62,759 bases of DNA, filler included, from Basidiobolus ranarum (GCA_040143965.1; 44 parts of 44 records of this genome joined end to end with filler, not necessarily neighbours in it); one strand, 5' to 3'. Counted from the whole stretch's first letter, positions 1-14,056 are shown. Notes: generated by a model from the letters alone, not told the origin. Program-made: numbers and translations.

Positions 1-349
1 TGAAATTAGGTAAATAGCAACTCATTATTTTGTAGTTTGTTTGTTCATATTTTGATTATTTAGCACTCAATTTGGGTATTCAAAAATGTGTGCTTATTGC
101 TCTAATTCATAGAAATATCAATTAGATCACCTTTACCAATTTTCACTATTTTCTTAAAACTTCTCCAAATCACGTCAAATTTTCACCTATGCTTAGCAAG
201 CATGTTTGTTATGATCTAAGCACATCCAATAGTCCTATTTCATAGTAAACTATAATTAGGACATATTCAATTCAATAAAACTTAGGTGTCTAATTCACAA
301 ATCCAAATCTTGTCCAAAACACTCCCAAATCCCCTAAACACTTTTATCA
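1..349 (+). mobile_element. Ty1/copia LTR family A, followed by PBS GGTTATGAGCCC (350-361)
   Basis: Homologous to 427-778 and to 43296-43646, which precedes a gag ORF; ends ...TTATCA directly before the PBS. Confidence 0.85.
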
Positions 350-426
350 GGTTATGAGCCCTGAGCTAGCTGTTAAAGGAATGTCTATTTATCTGATCAT
401 TCTTAAAGGACACTTAACCCAATAGA

Positions 427-778
427 TATTAAAATTAGGAAAATAGCAACTCATTATTTAGTAGTTAGTTTATTCCTATTCTGATAACTTAGCACTCAAT
501 TCTATCATTGAAAAATGTGTGTTTATTGCTCAAATTGATATAAATATTAATTGGATTGCTTTTACCAATTTTTACTATTTTCTCAAAATGTCTCAATATC
601 ACCTCAAATTTTCAACCATGGCTAGCAGGCATGTTTGTTATGATCTAAGCATATCCAATAGTTATATTTCTTAGTAAACTACAAATAGGATTTATTCAAT
701 TCAATATAACTTAAGTGCTTGAATCACAATTCCAAATCTTGTTGAAAACACTTCCAAATACCCTAAACACTTTTATCA
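427..778 (+). mobile_element. Second, more decayed LTR family A copy
   Basis: Colinear with 1-349, with many transitions. Confidence 0.85.
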
Positions 779-1223
779 GTATATTCTTTTGTCAGGGGCC
801 AGCATATTATTGAACAGAGAGCTGGACATTGCATTGTGGTTTATCAGTCCTTAGATATTCCTAGAGGCTAATTTCCCTTTTCACAAAGAACCAAGAGGCA
901 AGCAACAAAACCATGTTCCCCAAGACAGAATGGCTGGGGAATTACCACCTATTATGCAGACAATTTTATGCTAGCACTTGAAGACAACTCTGCCATACAA
1001 GAAGACTGGACCCTTATGAAAGCACACTTGCTAGAAAATATGGAGAACCTAGCCATACATGTCTAATACATAATTTGGAGGGCCTTATCAAGACCAGGTT
1101 TGGAAAGTTGCCTAACCAGCAATTTATCAAAGAATAACCTATCATTGGAGCACCTTAGATTCAACAAGGTGTTATCATGAAGTTACCCTTACTATCTACC
1201 TAATGAATGCCCCATTGCAGAAT

Positions 1224-1334
1224 CCCTAACAGAAATTTGAGGATTGTTATTGTAGGAAAACCATCACAATTTTAATCCATTTGGGATTGACCATTTACTT
1301 ACTGTCATAAAATTGTCAAGTTAGATTTGATTTT
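1224..1334. mobile_element. CMC/EnSpm transposon terminus B (CCCTAACAGAAATTTGAGG...)
   Basis: Same sharp start recurs near 18344, 32212, 35918, 49822 and reversed ending at 45499 and 58997. Confidence 0.8.
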
Positions 1335-1434
1335 NNNNNNNNNNNNNNNNNNNNNNNNNNNNNNNNNNNNNNNNNNNNTTAATTAATTAANNNNNNNNNN
1401 NNNNNNNNNNNNNNNNNNNNNNNNNNNNNNNNNN
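1335..1434. other. Artificial contig-joining linker N44-TTAATTAATTAA-N44 (first of 43; recurs about every 1.43 kb to 61337-61436)
   Basis: Identical 100-nt spacer with stops in all six frames; the intervening contigs shrink monotonically from 1334 to 1323 bp. Confidence 0.99.
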
Positions 1435-2612
1435 AGAGAGTCCCAACACAAAGTTTTGAAGTGCTGCAATGGCAGAGGAGTATCAGTCACTCATAGATAA
1501 CCAAACTTGGACTTTGGTTAAGTGACCTGATGGCCAAATATCATTTGGATTCAAATGGGTGTTTAAAGTTAAACAGCAAGCTGATGGATCTGAAGAGAGA
1601 TATAAAGCCAGACTTGTGGCTAAAGGATACTCTCAAATGGAAGGAGTGGACTACAATCAAACTTTTGCTCCTGTAGCTAGTTTTAATTCCATCAGAACTG
1701 TACTAGCAATAGCAGCAAAACACAGCTGAAAAATCCATCAAATGGATGTTAAAACTGCTTTTTTGAATGGGGACTTGGAAGCAGATATATTCAACAATCA
1801 ACCAGATGGCTTTGTAGATCCTGAGCGCCCTGAGGACATGTTTAAGCTACAAAAATCACTGTATGGACTTAAACAATCACCCAATGCCTGGTACACTAAG
1901 ATAGATACATACTTGGAATCACTTGATTTCCAAAAGAGTATGGTGGATTTTGGGATCTACTTTAAGACAGTTATGGAGAGTAATGTGATACTTGCCTTTT
2001 ATGTAGATGATCTGATTATAGCTACCAATAATGATCAAGATGTCAGAAACACCAAAAGAGATCTATCAGTCTAATTCAAGACAACTGATTTAGGTGAACT
2101 TATGTATCTTAGGTCTGCAGATCCATACAGATATATTGAGTAAATCTATCACTCTGAATCAATCTAAATACATCTCAGACATTCTCAGATAATACAGAAT
2201 GAAGAATTGTAAGCCAGTAGCAACTCCCATGGATCCAGGTGTGAAACTAGTCAAAAATCCCATCAAAAATGTTGAAAATCAGCCATATATGGCTCAAAAT
2301 ATGTCATTTGAAAGCCCTGAGTTCCCTTATCAGTATATGGTAGGTAGTGTGATCTGTGCTATGACTGGAACCCAACCAGATATCTCTTTTGCAGTGGGAG
2401 TAGTCAGCCAACATGTGCAAAACCCAGGATCTGAGCATTATGCAGCAGTTAAGCGGATTTTCAGATATTTGAAGGGGACAATTGATCTGGGATTAAGATA
2501 CATATATTCTTATGAGAATAAGGATCTAATTGGGTTTAGTGATGCAGATTGAGGATGTGATATTGAGGACAGAAGATCTATCACCGGATATACCCTTCTC
2601 TATAGTGAAGCA
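1435..2612 (+). pseudogene. Ty1/copia pol fragment (RT and start of RNase H), interrupted by reversed LTR family B at 2613-2768
   Basis: [32 protein letters not shown] and FSDAD motifs with stops and frameshifts. Confidence 0.95.
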
Positions 2613-2868
2613 TATTGGGAAAATATGGGCTGTTTGGAGGAACTTTAGAAAAGTGGGGTTGTGAATAGCTTTGTGAGATAATTGTTTATTGTCCAGAAAT
2701 AAAGCATTTATACTTTTTGGTGGAAATACAGAAAACTAACACTGGGGTTGTGTTAAGAACATCTGTGGNNNNNNNNNNNNNNNNNNNNNNNNNNNNNNNN
2801 NNNNNNNNNNNNTTAATTAATTAANNNNNNNNNNNNNNNNNNNNNNNNNNNNNNNNNNNNNNNNNNNN

Positions 2869-4201
2869 AATGGAAGGAGTGGACTACAATGAAACTTTTG
2901 CTCCTGTAGCAAAGTTTAATTCCATCAGAACCGTACTAGCAGTAGCAGCAAAACACAGCTTAAAAATCCATCAAATGGATGTTAAAACTGCTTTTTTGAA
3001 TGGGGACTTGGAAGAGGATATATTCATGGATCAACCAGATGGTTTTGTGGATCCTGAGCACCCTGAGGACATGTGTAAGCTACCAAGATCACTTAGGGAC
3101 TTAAACAATCACCCAGGGCCTGGTACACTAAGATAGACTCATACTAGCAGTCACTTGATTTCCAAAAGAGTACAGTGGATTTTGGGATCTACTTTAAGAC
3201 AGATAAGGACAGTAAGGTGATACTTGCCTTATATGTAGATGATCTGTTTATAGCTACCAATAATGATGAAGCTCTCAGGAACACCAAAAGAGATCTATCT
3301 GTTCAATTTAAGATGACCAATTTTGGTAAACTTATGTATTTTTTAGGTCTGCAGATCCATACAGAAATATTGAGCAAATCTATTAATCCGAGTCAGTCTA
3401 AATACATCTCAGACATTCTCAGGCATTACAGGATGAAGAATTTCAAGCCAGCAGCAACTCCCATAGATCCAGGTGTGAAACCGGTCAAAAATCCCATCAA
3501 AAATAATGTAAATAGGCCAAAATGGCTCAAAACATGTCATTTGAAAGCCCTGAGTTCCCTTATCAATCTATGGTAGGTAAGTTGATCTATGCCAAGACTG
3601 GAACCCAACCAGATAGCTCTTTTACAGTGGGAGTAGTCAGCCAACATGTGCAAAATCCAGGATCTGAACATTATGCAGCAGTTGAGTGGATTTCCAGATA
3701 TTTGAAGGGGACAATTGATCTGGGATTAAGATACATATATTCCTATGAAAATCAGGATCTAGTTAGGTTTAGTGATGCAGATTGGGGATGTGATATTAAG
3801 GACAGAAGATCTATCACTGGATATATCTTTCTCTATAGTAAAGCAGCCATATCTTGGAATAGCAAGAATCAACTCACCATAGCACTTTTAACAACTGAAG
3901 CAGAATACATGGCAGCATCACATACAGCAAAGGAGGCTATTGGGTTAACAAAACTGTTCAAAGACTTGGGCATTATTCAAAGTTCACCCACCATAATTTT
4001 CAAGCATAATCAAAGTTGTATTTATTTAGCTAAGAATCCCAAATTTCATGCTAGAAGTAAGCACATTGACATTCAACATCACTTTGTTATGGAAGCTATT
4101 GAGAATAAGCATGTCCAACTACAGTACTGTCCAACTGAGGACATGATTGCTGACATCCTTACCAAACCATTACCCAAGCCAAAATTTGAAGAATTAAGAT
4201 T
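2869..4201 (+). pseudogene. Ty1/copia pol fragment (RT-RNase H)
   Basis: ETFAPVAK, QMDVKTAFLNG, LYVDDL, SDADWG, TEAEYMA, SKHIDI, ADILTKPL; frameshifted. Confidence 0.96.
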
Positions 4202-5440
4202 NNNNNNNNNNNNNNNNNNNNNNNNNNNNNNNNNNNNNNNNNNNNTTAATTAATTAANNNNNNNNNNNNNNNNNNNNNNNNNNNNNNNNNNNNNNNNNNN
4301 NAGCTATACAAGCAACTGATTGGCCTTAGACTTTGTGCTCAGATGCAGTCACCATACTCCATATTTTCCTCTTTGGGAATTACTGCTTGTACCACAAGTC
4401 ACCAGACTTTCAACATGCTCTTCATCAAAAATGGGAGAAACATCATGGACTCTTCCAAGTTGGCATTGCTGTCAATGTGTACTACTAGCTAATGAACCAA
4501 CTTGTTGGGCTCTTGCCCTTGTTGGAGGTGTTACCACAATTCTAGTGGTGATTTGTGTAGATTCTTCTTGTGAAATAGATACCTCGTCAGGAGTCTCTTC
4601 AATTTGGAGTGATATAGTACCTCTCTGCAATGGTCTAGACTACTCCAATTTGCCTTTGGGAATATCTTCTGATTCAATAAATTGTCTTGCTTTTCTCTTT
4701 ACATCTCTGTTGATTACTCTTGCCATAGTGTCCTGTAATGTTGTTTTGAACTCTGCAACCTCCATCAACAGTTGCAGCAAAGCCTCATTGAGCAGTGGTA
4801 GATATCTATTTAGAACACCTTTTGTCTCTAAAGTTGAGGCCGCAGCAGTCACTTCCATTCAATACAGGCAAAAACATGATGGGAATTGTGTCTTTGCTGA
4901 CTCAAAATCAAAAGTCCTATATCTCAATTGATGCTATCTATCCTCATGAGTCTTAGTGTATATTTTCTTGCAGACTTCTGAAGGCACAAAGATATAGTAT
5001 TCTCTCCAAAGCAGAGTCAAAAGTTGCTTCCACTTTTGTCTAATGCCCCCTTCCCCAGCTTCTGTCAAGTTTATCAATAACTCCCATATATCCAAGCAAG
5101 AATTCATAGTGGATACCTGGGCATCTGTAAAATCATTAGGCGCATGCTGCTTTGCACCACCCACACCTTCATTTGACTGCATGCACAAAATTTTGGAAGT
5201 GGTGGTTTCCTGTACCAAAGTAGGTTGTGAATCAGGAAGAATCTGTTTTGACATGATATGTAACTACCATATATATCTATGATGTTAGACTTTATTGGTT
5301 TCAATCAGAATTAGGGATCTTTTTATATTATTGGTTAAAATGTCAAAGTTAATTTCCTATAGTGTGATCAAGCATAATGCATTCCACTTTGAGCCATTTC
5401 GATATATGTGCTAAATAAATTGATTTGGATCAAACTATGA

Positions 5441-5634
5441 TTAACTTTGCTGATGCAGTTTATTATATAATTTCCATGCAATCTTCAAATCTTCGGTCAT
5501 GGCATTCTTTGGAATTCGGATCAATTTGATAGTAAATATACTGTGGCTACGACTGGATACTGACAAATAGTCTTTACTAAATGTAGCTTTATAAAACCTG
5601 ACAGACAACCCTCTTAATATCATTCCATATACAG
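5441..5634 (-). pseudogene. Kinesin motor-domain fragment (switch I region)
   Basis: SSRSHSIFTIKL is the kinesin switch I motif; flanking sequence is degenerate. Confidence 0.65.
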
Positions 5635-6179
5635 NNNNNNNNNNNNNNNNNNNNNNNNNNNNNNNNNNNNNNNNNNNNTTAATTAATTAANNNNNNNNNN
5701 NNNNNNNNNNNNNNNNNNNNNNNNNNNNNNNNNNTGCAGGAAAAAGGAGTCTCCAACAATAAGGCAATGCGATCAGTAAGTGATGTTGTTGATAATGTTA
5801 TGGGCTGGCACGGAGAAAAAAAGGAAAACAGTGGCACTCGAGGACGCATACATGGCGTATCATGCACATATGGCTGTTGGCAAAATTTTGGTGAAAAATT
5901 CAGAAGGCGGCCTGGCTGAAATGAAACGGCCGCAACAGCAATTTTCCAAAGCGGGGATTTCGCCACCTGGATCACCCAGGCAATGAAAATTTCTAATAAT
6001 ACGACTAGATCATATGCAAGTGTGCATCTATTTCACTCATTTCCAAACGAGTTTGAGGTTAAAATGTCAGTTAAAGCAACATTTAAACTAACCAAAACGA
6101 AGGATCAACTAAGTTGTCATCAATATAGCATGAGATATAAACTCAATAAACCTTCTGCTCTATTCACGGTTTACTATTA

Positions 6180-6311
6180 AGAAACAACTGATACATAGAA
6201 ATACTCGATATTCAGAAACAACTGATACATAGAAATACTCGATATTCAGAAACAACTGATACATAGAAATACTCGATATTCAGAAACAACTGATACATAG
6301 AAATACTCGAT
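6180..6311. repeat. Perfect 34-bp tandem repeat, about 3.9 copies (GAAACAACTGATACATAGAAATACTCGATATTCA)
   Basis: Units start at 6181, 6215, 6249 and 6283; no spacers. Confidence 0.97.
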
Positions 6312-7167
6312 GAATTTTCTCCCTTATAAATCCCATCAATACTTCTATCTGATTCAGCTCTTGGTTTGTTTATTTATATAATTCATAGAGTTGAAGAATT
6401 AAACCAAGATATTACATGCATGACTTATTATATGAACTACTTGCTATCACAAAACAGTAATGAAAATAGATAGCAGTCGAACTTTATTTTAGCAGCTACT
6501 GATAATCATTCACTCAGATTTGCGAACTTCCGACTGCTTCAGTGCTTGATTTTCGCTACTCTTTTGCCAGTCTCACGCGTTTCTCAAGTCTTTAATAACC
6601 TTGACATGGCAACACTAGGCTCCAGAGGACAGTATCCTTGACAAGAATCGAAATCATCCAGCTTTCACCCAACAAATCCCTTAGAAACTTAGGGTACAGC
6701 CACTCTTTTGCAGATATGGCGAACTTGTATTTTTCAGCATGGCTCAGTAATCCAAGCTCTAATTTAAAACCTGTGCCATTAGCTACATACACTAAATTCA
6801 ACTTAGCCACAGCGAATGCTACCTCGCTAAGTTAAAACCAACATCTGCCTATGCATTCAAGATTTCTATATATTTCATGATTTATGCATAAAGACTCATC
6901 CTACGTGTTTTCAAGCAGTTGCTTGTCATATGCGCACAGGAATGGCATTTTGAAACGTAGATATTTATTTCATAGTCAATAGTACCGATTGCAGTAAACA
7001 TTATATATAAGCATTAATTCTTTTGCTAGCACTATTGTGGGAAAGTACGATATTAATTAGCTCATAANNNNNNNNNNNNNNNNNNNNNNNNNNNNNNNNN
7101 NNNNNNNNNNNTTAATTAATTAANNNNNNNNNNNNNNNNNNNNNNNNNNNNNNNNNNNNNNNNNNNN

Positions 7168-8499
7168 TCTGGTTGATCCATGAATATATCCTCTTCCAAG
7201 TCCCCATTCAAAAAAGCTGTTTTAACATCCATTTGATGGATTTTTAAGCTGTGTTTTGCTGCTACTGCTAGTACAGTTTTGAGGAAATTAAACTTTGCTA
7301 CAGGAGCAAATGGTTCATTGTAGTCCATTCCTTCCATTTGAGAGTATCCCTAAGCCACAAGTCTGGCTTTATATTTTTCTACACATCCATCAGCTTGCTA
7401 TTTAACATTAAACACCAATAGCATCCAATTGATATTTGGTCATCAGGTAACTTAACCAAAGTCCAAGTTTGGTTATCTGTGAGTGACTGACACTCCTCTG
7501 CCTTTGCAGCACTCCAAAGCTTTGAGTTGGGACTCTCCATAGCCTCCTGTACTGACTTGGGCTCATCAGAAAAGGCTAAATTAGCACTAGGCTCCTTTAG
7601 GCTAGTGTGAGAGTGGTAATCAGGTGGAGATCCCATCTGATTGGATCTCCTAAGATGGGAAATTGGCACCACAACTTCTGGTACCAATTTAGGCAATGAA
7701 ACCACCTCCGGCTTGGTTGAGGAGACTGCAGGTGAAGAATTTTCAATGTTTTTCTCACTGATCAGGATCTGGTGAGGGAAAGAGAATTTTCATCAATTTT
7801 TGGTTGTTTTTCTTGATCCTGGATTGTTTTGATTGAAAATTTTTATTCTTCAGCAAGTTCCACATCCCTTGACTTGATTAGCCTTGTATTTTCAGTGTCA
7901 TACAGTCTGTATGCTTTTGTTCCATCACAATATCCCAAAAAAAGACATTTCTGGCTTTTTTGTTCTAACTTTGATCTCTTCTGGTCTAGTATCATTGCTT
8001 ATGTGGTACTTCCAAAAACTCTGGGATTAGCCACATCAGGTTTACTTCCAAACCAAGCTTGATAAGGTGTCATAGCCAATAGAAACCTAGAAGGACATCT
8101 ATTTCTGATATATACTGCACTTGCAACCAATTCAAGCTAGAACTATTTTGGTAAATCTTGATCATGAAGCATTGATCTTGCCTTTTCCATTATTGATCTG
8201 TTTGCATGTTCTGCTACTCCATGCTGCTGTGGGGAATATGGCACTGTGGTCTGCTGTTTTATCCCATGTGCTGAGCAAAAGTTAGAGAAGAGTTTTGAGG
8301 TATATTCCACACCATTATCAGTACAGATAATCTTAATCTTTAGACCTGTTTCAGCCTCCACCATCACTTTGAATTTATTGAAGGTATCAAAGGCTTCATC
8401 CTTACTGGCCAGAAAGTACACCCAAATATACTTTGTCTTATCATCAATAAAGGTCATAAAATACCTTTTTCTACCTAAGGATTTTGTCTGCATTGGGCC
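7168..8499 (-). pseudogene. Ty1/copia integrase to RT fragment
   Basis: RYFMTFIDD, TDNGVEY, PQQHGVAEHANR, then EPKSVQEAM and QMDVKTAF: copia IN-RT order. Confidence 0.95.
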
Positions 8500-8600
8500 N
8501 NNNNNNNNNNNNNNNNNNNNNNNNNNNNNNNNNNNNNNNNNNNTTAATTAATTAANNNNNNNNNNNNNNNNNNNNNNNNNNNNNNNNNNNNNNNNNNNNG

Positions 8601-8819
8601 GATGACAAGAAGAAACTTGAAGAAGCTATCAACAGTACTATCAGCTGGTTGGACGCAAGTCAAGAAGCTTCTAAGGATGAGTACGAAGAGAAGCAAAAAG
8701 AATTGGAAGGTGTTGCCAATCCTATTATGACAAGGATACACCAGGCTACTGAAGGAGTTGCTTCAGGAGGATTCCCAGGCAGTGACAACAGTGAACCAAC
8801 TGTTGAAGAGTTGGATTAG
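8601..8819 (+). CDS. HSP70: C-terminus of cytosolic Hsp70 (SSA-type), 5'-truncated
   Basis: Manual translation DDKKKLEEAINSTISWLDASQEASKDEYEEKQKELEGVANPIM...GGFPG...PTVEELD*. Confidence 0.93.
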   Translation, partial: DDKKKLEEAINSTISWLDASQEASKDEYEEKQKELEGVANPIMTRIHQATEGVASGGFPGSDNSEPTVEELD

Positions 8820-10615
8820 GCCAAAGTTAAATTTCAAGCTTCATTCCATATGTATTTAACCATGTACAATATTTACAAAAGAGCACCTGATTCTAAATAA
8901 TACTAAGCATATCTTAGACATCAATAATAAACATTTCGTTTTAACACCACCAGGAAACTTCTATTAAAATGATGGCCTATCCTATATTTCATACAGTAAA
9001 AATGATTGCTACTTTGACTTTCCATGGACCCAACAAGGGAATCTTGTAATCAGAGCGTTCAGACAAGACTGATACCATCCAGTTTCCAAGCATCAGTCAC
9101 TCACTTCACAATACTGAAACAAGTATTCACCACTTTTCCTCATAAGCATGATAACCCCAATGATGCCCAAGTTAGCAACAGTTAAGGTATTCGTGCCAAA
9201 TGTCAATGGCCCCAGAGTTAAAACTGAAGGAGTGCTAAAGACAATTAATCAATACGAGCTCATATCCTCATGCTTATTATAGCAAAGCATCAATATTTCA
9301 GCAAAGTGAAAGAATATTTTTCAACTGATTTAAGTAGTAAGATTTTTAATGAATCATTGACGGTTTTGAACACCTAATTGGTTTGTACTCTTACACTGGA
9401 AGCTAGTCAACTCTAATACAACTTTAGTACCCAACATTGGAAGCTCCATACTCCCGAAATTGCTCCGTAAGCAGACAAATATCCCGTTCACATCAGTAGT
9501 GTAAACTTAATTCTTCACCTCCAACACCGATCCTTGCTTCTTGGCATTGTTTTATAATAAATATTAGAAATCATACCATTCTCCTATAATTAAAAGACTA
9601 AAAATATACCCTAGATGAGGAGTGACATCAATGTTTCATATGTACCCACCATTTTTAGAACTTATTTATAAACTCTAAAGCAATTAATTCAATAAAACTT
9701 GTTTGAAAATATTTTACTTTACTTTATCAACTAAAGAAATTTCATGGTGAAGAAATATTTTTGCAACTTCACAAGCACCTAACACATGAATTTAAATTTT
9801 AAGCTGTTTGTCAACATTGCCATTGTTGGATAATTAATCTTTATTCAACATCATAGTTAACTTTAGTTATGATACATATATCAGAAACAGAAAGCAACGT
9901 ATCTATAGCCCCTATATTCTAAATAGGAATANNNNNNNNNNNNNNNNNNNNNNNNNNNNNNNNNNNNNNNNNNNNTTAATTAATTAANNNNNNNNNNNNN
10001 NNNNNNNNNNNNNNNNNNNNNNNNNNNNNNNTTTGAGATATTCAGGAGTTTGTGTAATAAGATATAATAGATAAGTGGGGGTAATAAGACATACTTGTTA
10101 TATAGATATAGAGATATTCCTATTTAGAATATAGGGGCTATAAATATGTTGCTTTCTGTTTCTGATATATGTATCATAACTAAAGTTAACTATGATGTTG
10201 AATAAAGATTAATTATCCAACAATTTTCCAGCTCATGATTAAAGATGAGCTTCAAAAAGGAAAATGTATATGACATAAGGGTATGAATGTTAGCTACAAG
10301 TGACATGAGTTGTGGAACATATTGTTGCTTCTACCCAATACCAGCAATTGAGCTTTTGACTGATATAATATTTAGAAGTGATTCCATAAAGAGAAGAGAA
10401 AAAGTGAATTGACTTCAGAATATGGGGCTTCTAGCACTGGTTTGAAAAATCTGTATATCTGAGAACTTTTAAGTTGGTAAAAATATTCTAAGTAAATTCC
10501 AATTGAGAATAATGGATAATATCTTAGTTCAATATAAGATAACTAAGTACTAAGCTATATATGACTATATAGGTGCTTAGGCAATGCCAATCTCAGCAAT
10601 ATCATGGTTGGAACA

Positions 10616-11363
10616 TTGCCAGATATTGCATATTCTGTGGGAGTTAAGTGCCAGTATTTTCAAAATTATGAATCTGATCAAATCATAGCAGTTAAGTGAC
10701 TTCTCAGATAGTTGAAACATACTGTGGATCTGTGCTTAAAATACACATATTCTGGATCAAACTTTGATTTGATGGGATATTCAGATGCACATTGAAGAAG
10801 AGATATTGAAGACAGGAGATCTACAACAGGATACTTATTTCTTTGCTGTAAAGGAGCTATTTCTAGGAATTCAAAGAGGCAATCTACCATAGCACTTTCA
10901 ACAACAGAAACAGAGTATATGGCTGCCTGTGAAGCAATAAAAGAAGCAATATGGTTTAGAAAACTCTTAGCAAATTTAGGCTATTCACAAAATTCACCAA
11001 CTACAACATGTCAAGATAATCAAAGTTGTATCAAATTAGCTAAAAATCCCATGTTTTGCAGTAGAAGCAAACATATGGATATTAGACATCACTTCATTAG
11101 AGAGACCATACAGAATAAGTATATTGACTTAACTTATTGTTCTACCAAAGATATGATTGTTGATATATCAACCAGGCCATTGGCTAGACAGAAATTTGAG
11201 AAATTTAGTCCTCTCTTAGGATTAGTTTATATGGCCATTTAGTTGAGGGAGAGTGTTGAAATTAGCATTGCCTAAACACCTATATAGTCATATATAGCTT
11301 AGTACTTAGTTATCTTATATTGAACTAAGATATTATCCTTTATTCTCAATTGGAATATACTTG
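10616..11363 (+). mobile_element. Copia 3' end: RNase H remnant, PPT (11245-11253), LTR family C starting TGTTGAAATTAGC at 11254
   Basis: EYMAACEAIKEAIW, SKHMDIRHHFIRE; purine tract abutting TG. Confidence 0.92.
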
Positions 11364-11463
11364 NNNNNNNNNNNNNNNNNNNNNNNNNNNNNNNNNNNNN
11401 NNNNNNNTTAATTAATTAANNNNNNNNNNNNNNNNNNNNNNNNNNNNNNNNNNNNNNNNNNNN

Positions 11464-12795
11464 GTATTTTTGCAAAAATTGCTGGATATCAAATAAAGCT
11501 TGCCAAATTTGAGGATCAATATTTTAATTTGTATGAATACCATTAAGATACCATCAAGAAACCACTGTCATACCATCAAAATCCCTGGCACAATGCAAGC
11601 CAATAATATTTTGACGGTTCTCTGATAGTTTTGCTATTTTGGAGGGTGGAACTGATCTGGATCAAATTGATTTTGTTTTTGTTAGGGGCAATATGCTTTA
11701 CCAGCAAACAAACAGGCAAAAAATTGTCAAACATCTGAAATTTTGAATATCACTGATACTTGGCAAATGGCTGACTCTTGTTACCATCCACAATGAGAAT
11801 ATGATATTTTATTATGGCAAAGTTCCATAAAGAATTTAGCCAACATATACTTGACTTGCAGTCAACAAATGTCCTGCCACAAGTAGATGTGTATTGCTTG
11901 AATTGATTACGCCATGGCTAAACAATAATATTATGTATCCCAATCCATCTCACCAAGAAGTCTGTCTGGCAGCATTCCTGGAAATACTCTCAGATAATTG
12001 CATCAACAAATTAGTCCAAATTTTAAAGGTACTTACTCTGTATCCATATATTGAGCTTTGATGCTGTTATTGTGCTCAAATAATGTGAAAAGCTGTGAGC
12101 ACACTGAAAAGAGCCCCTTGTTGGAAAATTAATATACTCTGGAGTTTCCGTAACCCATTGCAATACATCTATCATTGATTTTGTTGAAACATTGTTAATC
12201 AGATTAGCATAAGGTATACTGACAATTTCACATGGAGCATCATTTCACTGCATGTGTGCTCCATTTGGAACTGCCAGAATGTATAGCAAGGGCCTATATT
12301 CCCAAATTATTGAGAAAGATGCAACCAGGAATGTATTGAATACTGGCATAGATTCAGTCTGTCTTTCTTAAACCTGCAACAAAGTCTATCATATCCAATT
12401 ACAAATCTTTGCACAGTTACCCTGACAAAAATAAAATTGATTTGATTGGGATTGGATCCACTGTACAAAAGAGCAAAACCATCAGAGAACCATAACAATT
12501 TTGGTGGCTTGCATTCTGCCAGGAATTTTGATGGTGTGATGGCAGTTCTTGATGGTATTTTTATGGTATTCATGCATGTTACAATATTGATACTCAAATT
12601 TGGCATGTGTTATTCAATATCCAGCAATTTTTGCAAAATATAATTTTCAAATAGCAAATTACTGGGTTTACTGCTGTAGGAATTTGAATTAATATGTATG
12701 CCTTTATTTAGATATTTTAGGCTTTGTATTCCAGCCATAATGAGAATCAAAAAATACAAGAATCTCATTGTGTTTAGTCTCTACATATGCACATA
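11464..12795. mobile_element. Nested CMC/EnSpm fragments: two terminus-A copies plus transposase 3' region
   Basis: ...TTTTTGTTAGGG near 11687, CCCTGACAAAAAT at 12420; decayed GPCYTFWQF.ME on the minus strand. Confidence 0.8.
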
Positions 12796-12895
12796 NNNNN
12801 NNNNNNNNNNNNNNNNNNNNNNNNNNNNNNNNNNNNNNNTTAATTAATTAANNNNNNNNNNNNNNNNNNNNNNNNNNNNNNNNNNNNNNNNNNNN

Positions 12896-13225
12896 TAGCA
12901 GATTACAAGCCCTAAACTTGATCTCTCTGCAGTGTCTACTTCTTAAATTTATGGAACTTTTCCCTGTTCTGAAAAGTTGGATGGTACCAATTATCAAGTC
13001 TGGAAAATTAAAATGAAAATGCTGCTGCAAGAAAAAGGACTTTGGGACACTGTTGTAGGAGAAGAATACAATGTAAATCTATCTGAAACCAAAGTTTTAT
13101 TCCAGGTTGAAAAAGAACAAAGTGCCTTTGACACAATTTGTTTAAATGATAATGACAAATTGCTAATTCAATATCTGAGAGCTAAAACTGCCCAGAAGGT
13201 ATGGAGAGCCTTGGAAGACACATAC
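12896..13225 (+). pseudogene. Copia gag 5' fragment
   Basis: DGTNYQVWKIKMKMLLQEKGLW; homologous to the ORF at 41489. Confidence 0.9.
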
Positions 13226-14056
13226 TACCACTATTTCTGTTATTTGCTAGCCCTTCTTGATGTCATCAACATAAATAAAGCTGGCTTAATATGTATCATT
13301 CAATACTATCATCTCATCTCCTATTCAACTTATCATCTTGAACATCACTTCATCACATTAAAGTACTTTGAAAGTAATTTGGAGAACTAAAAGAATTACT
13401 GATTCCAATTTATTGACTTATTAACTGAGAAGTGTTATGATATTTTAAAAGCCTGTTGGAAGTGGATTGAAGGACTAGAAGAATTGGTGGTTTTCACTTA
13501 TTGATATATGGAGTATTCAGGTGACATTTATAGTTTTGTCAAGATGTAAACAAGCTAACATGTAGAATGTAATAAGAAAGATCCCAGGAACATGTATGCA
13601 TGTTTTAAGGCTTCTAGCACAAGTTCTCAAAATCTCTATACCTTTGAGCTTTGAAGTATATTCCTCCCAAAAATAATGAGTGATGTTTTGGTGAAATATA
13701 GAATAACCAAGTACAAAGCAGTATATTATTATATAGATGTTTATACTATAATAATTTCAACAGCCACAATGATAAACAGATCTTTTATGACTCAGAATAC
13801 TGAGTCAAATTATTAGTAATAATATACATATGTATATAACTGAATTACAAAATTGGAAATTATCATTTTCATGCCTATTTGACTCTTTCTTAGATACTTT
13901 CCAATGATTTTCAGCTGGTGTTCTAGTGTCCATGTTGGATTATATGCTGCATCTCACTAATAATATATGTGTCACATATAGATAAAGGAGTTTGAGAGTT
14001 AAACCTAATGCAGTAAAATATATAGAGTCCCATCCTATGTCAAAGGACTATAGAGT

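Noticed and set aside
1224-1232. CCCTAA/TTAGGG as telomeric seeds (also AAACCCTAA in 28629-29470)
   Set aside because: Single hexamers, never tandem; explained as a transposon TIR or a repeat module.
1379-1390. TTAATTAATTAA recurring every ~1.43 kb as a biological repeat or array
   Set aside because: Always embedded in N44 flanks; it is a synthetic six-frame-stop linker. ORFs ending in X...LIN or X...N are artefacts.
6180-6311. 34-bp repeats as a CRISPR array
   Set aside because: The repeats are directly adjacent with no spacers, there are no cas genes, and the context is eukaryotic.
8802-8819. Hsp70 ending EELD instead of EEVD as a novelty
   Set aside because: A conservative variant known in some fungal Hsp70s.
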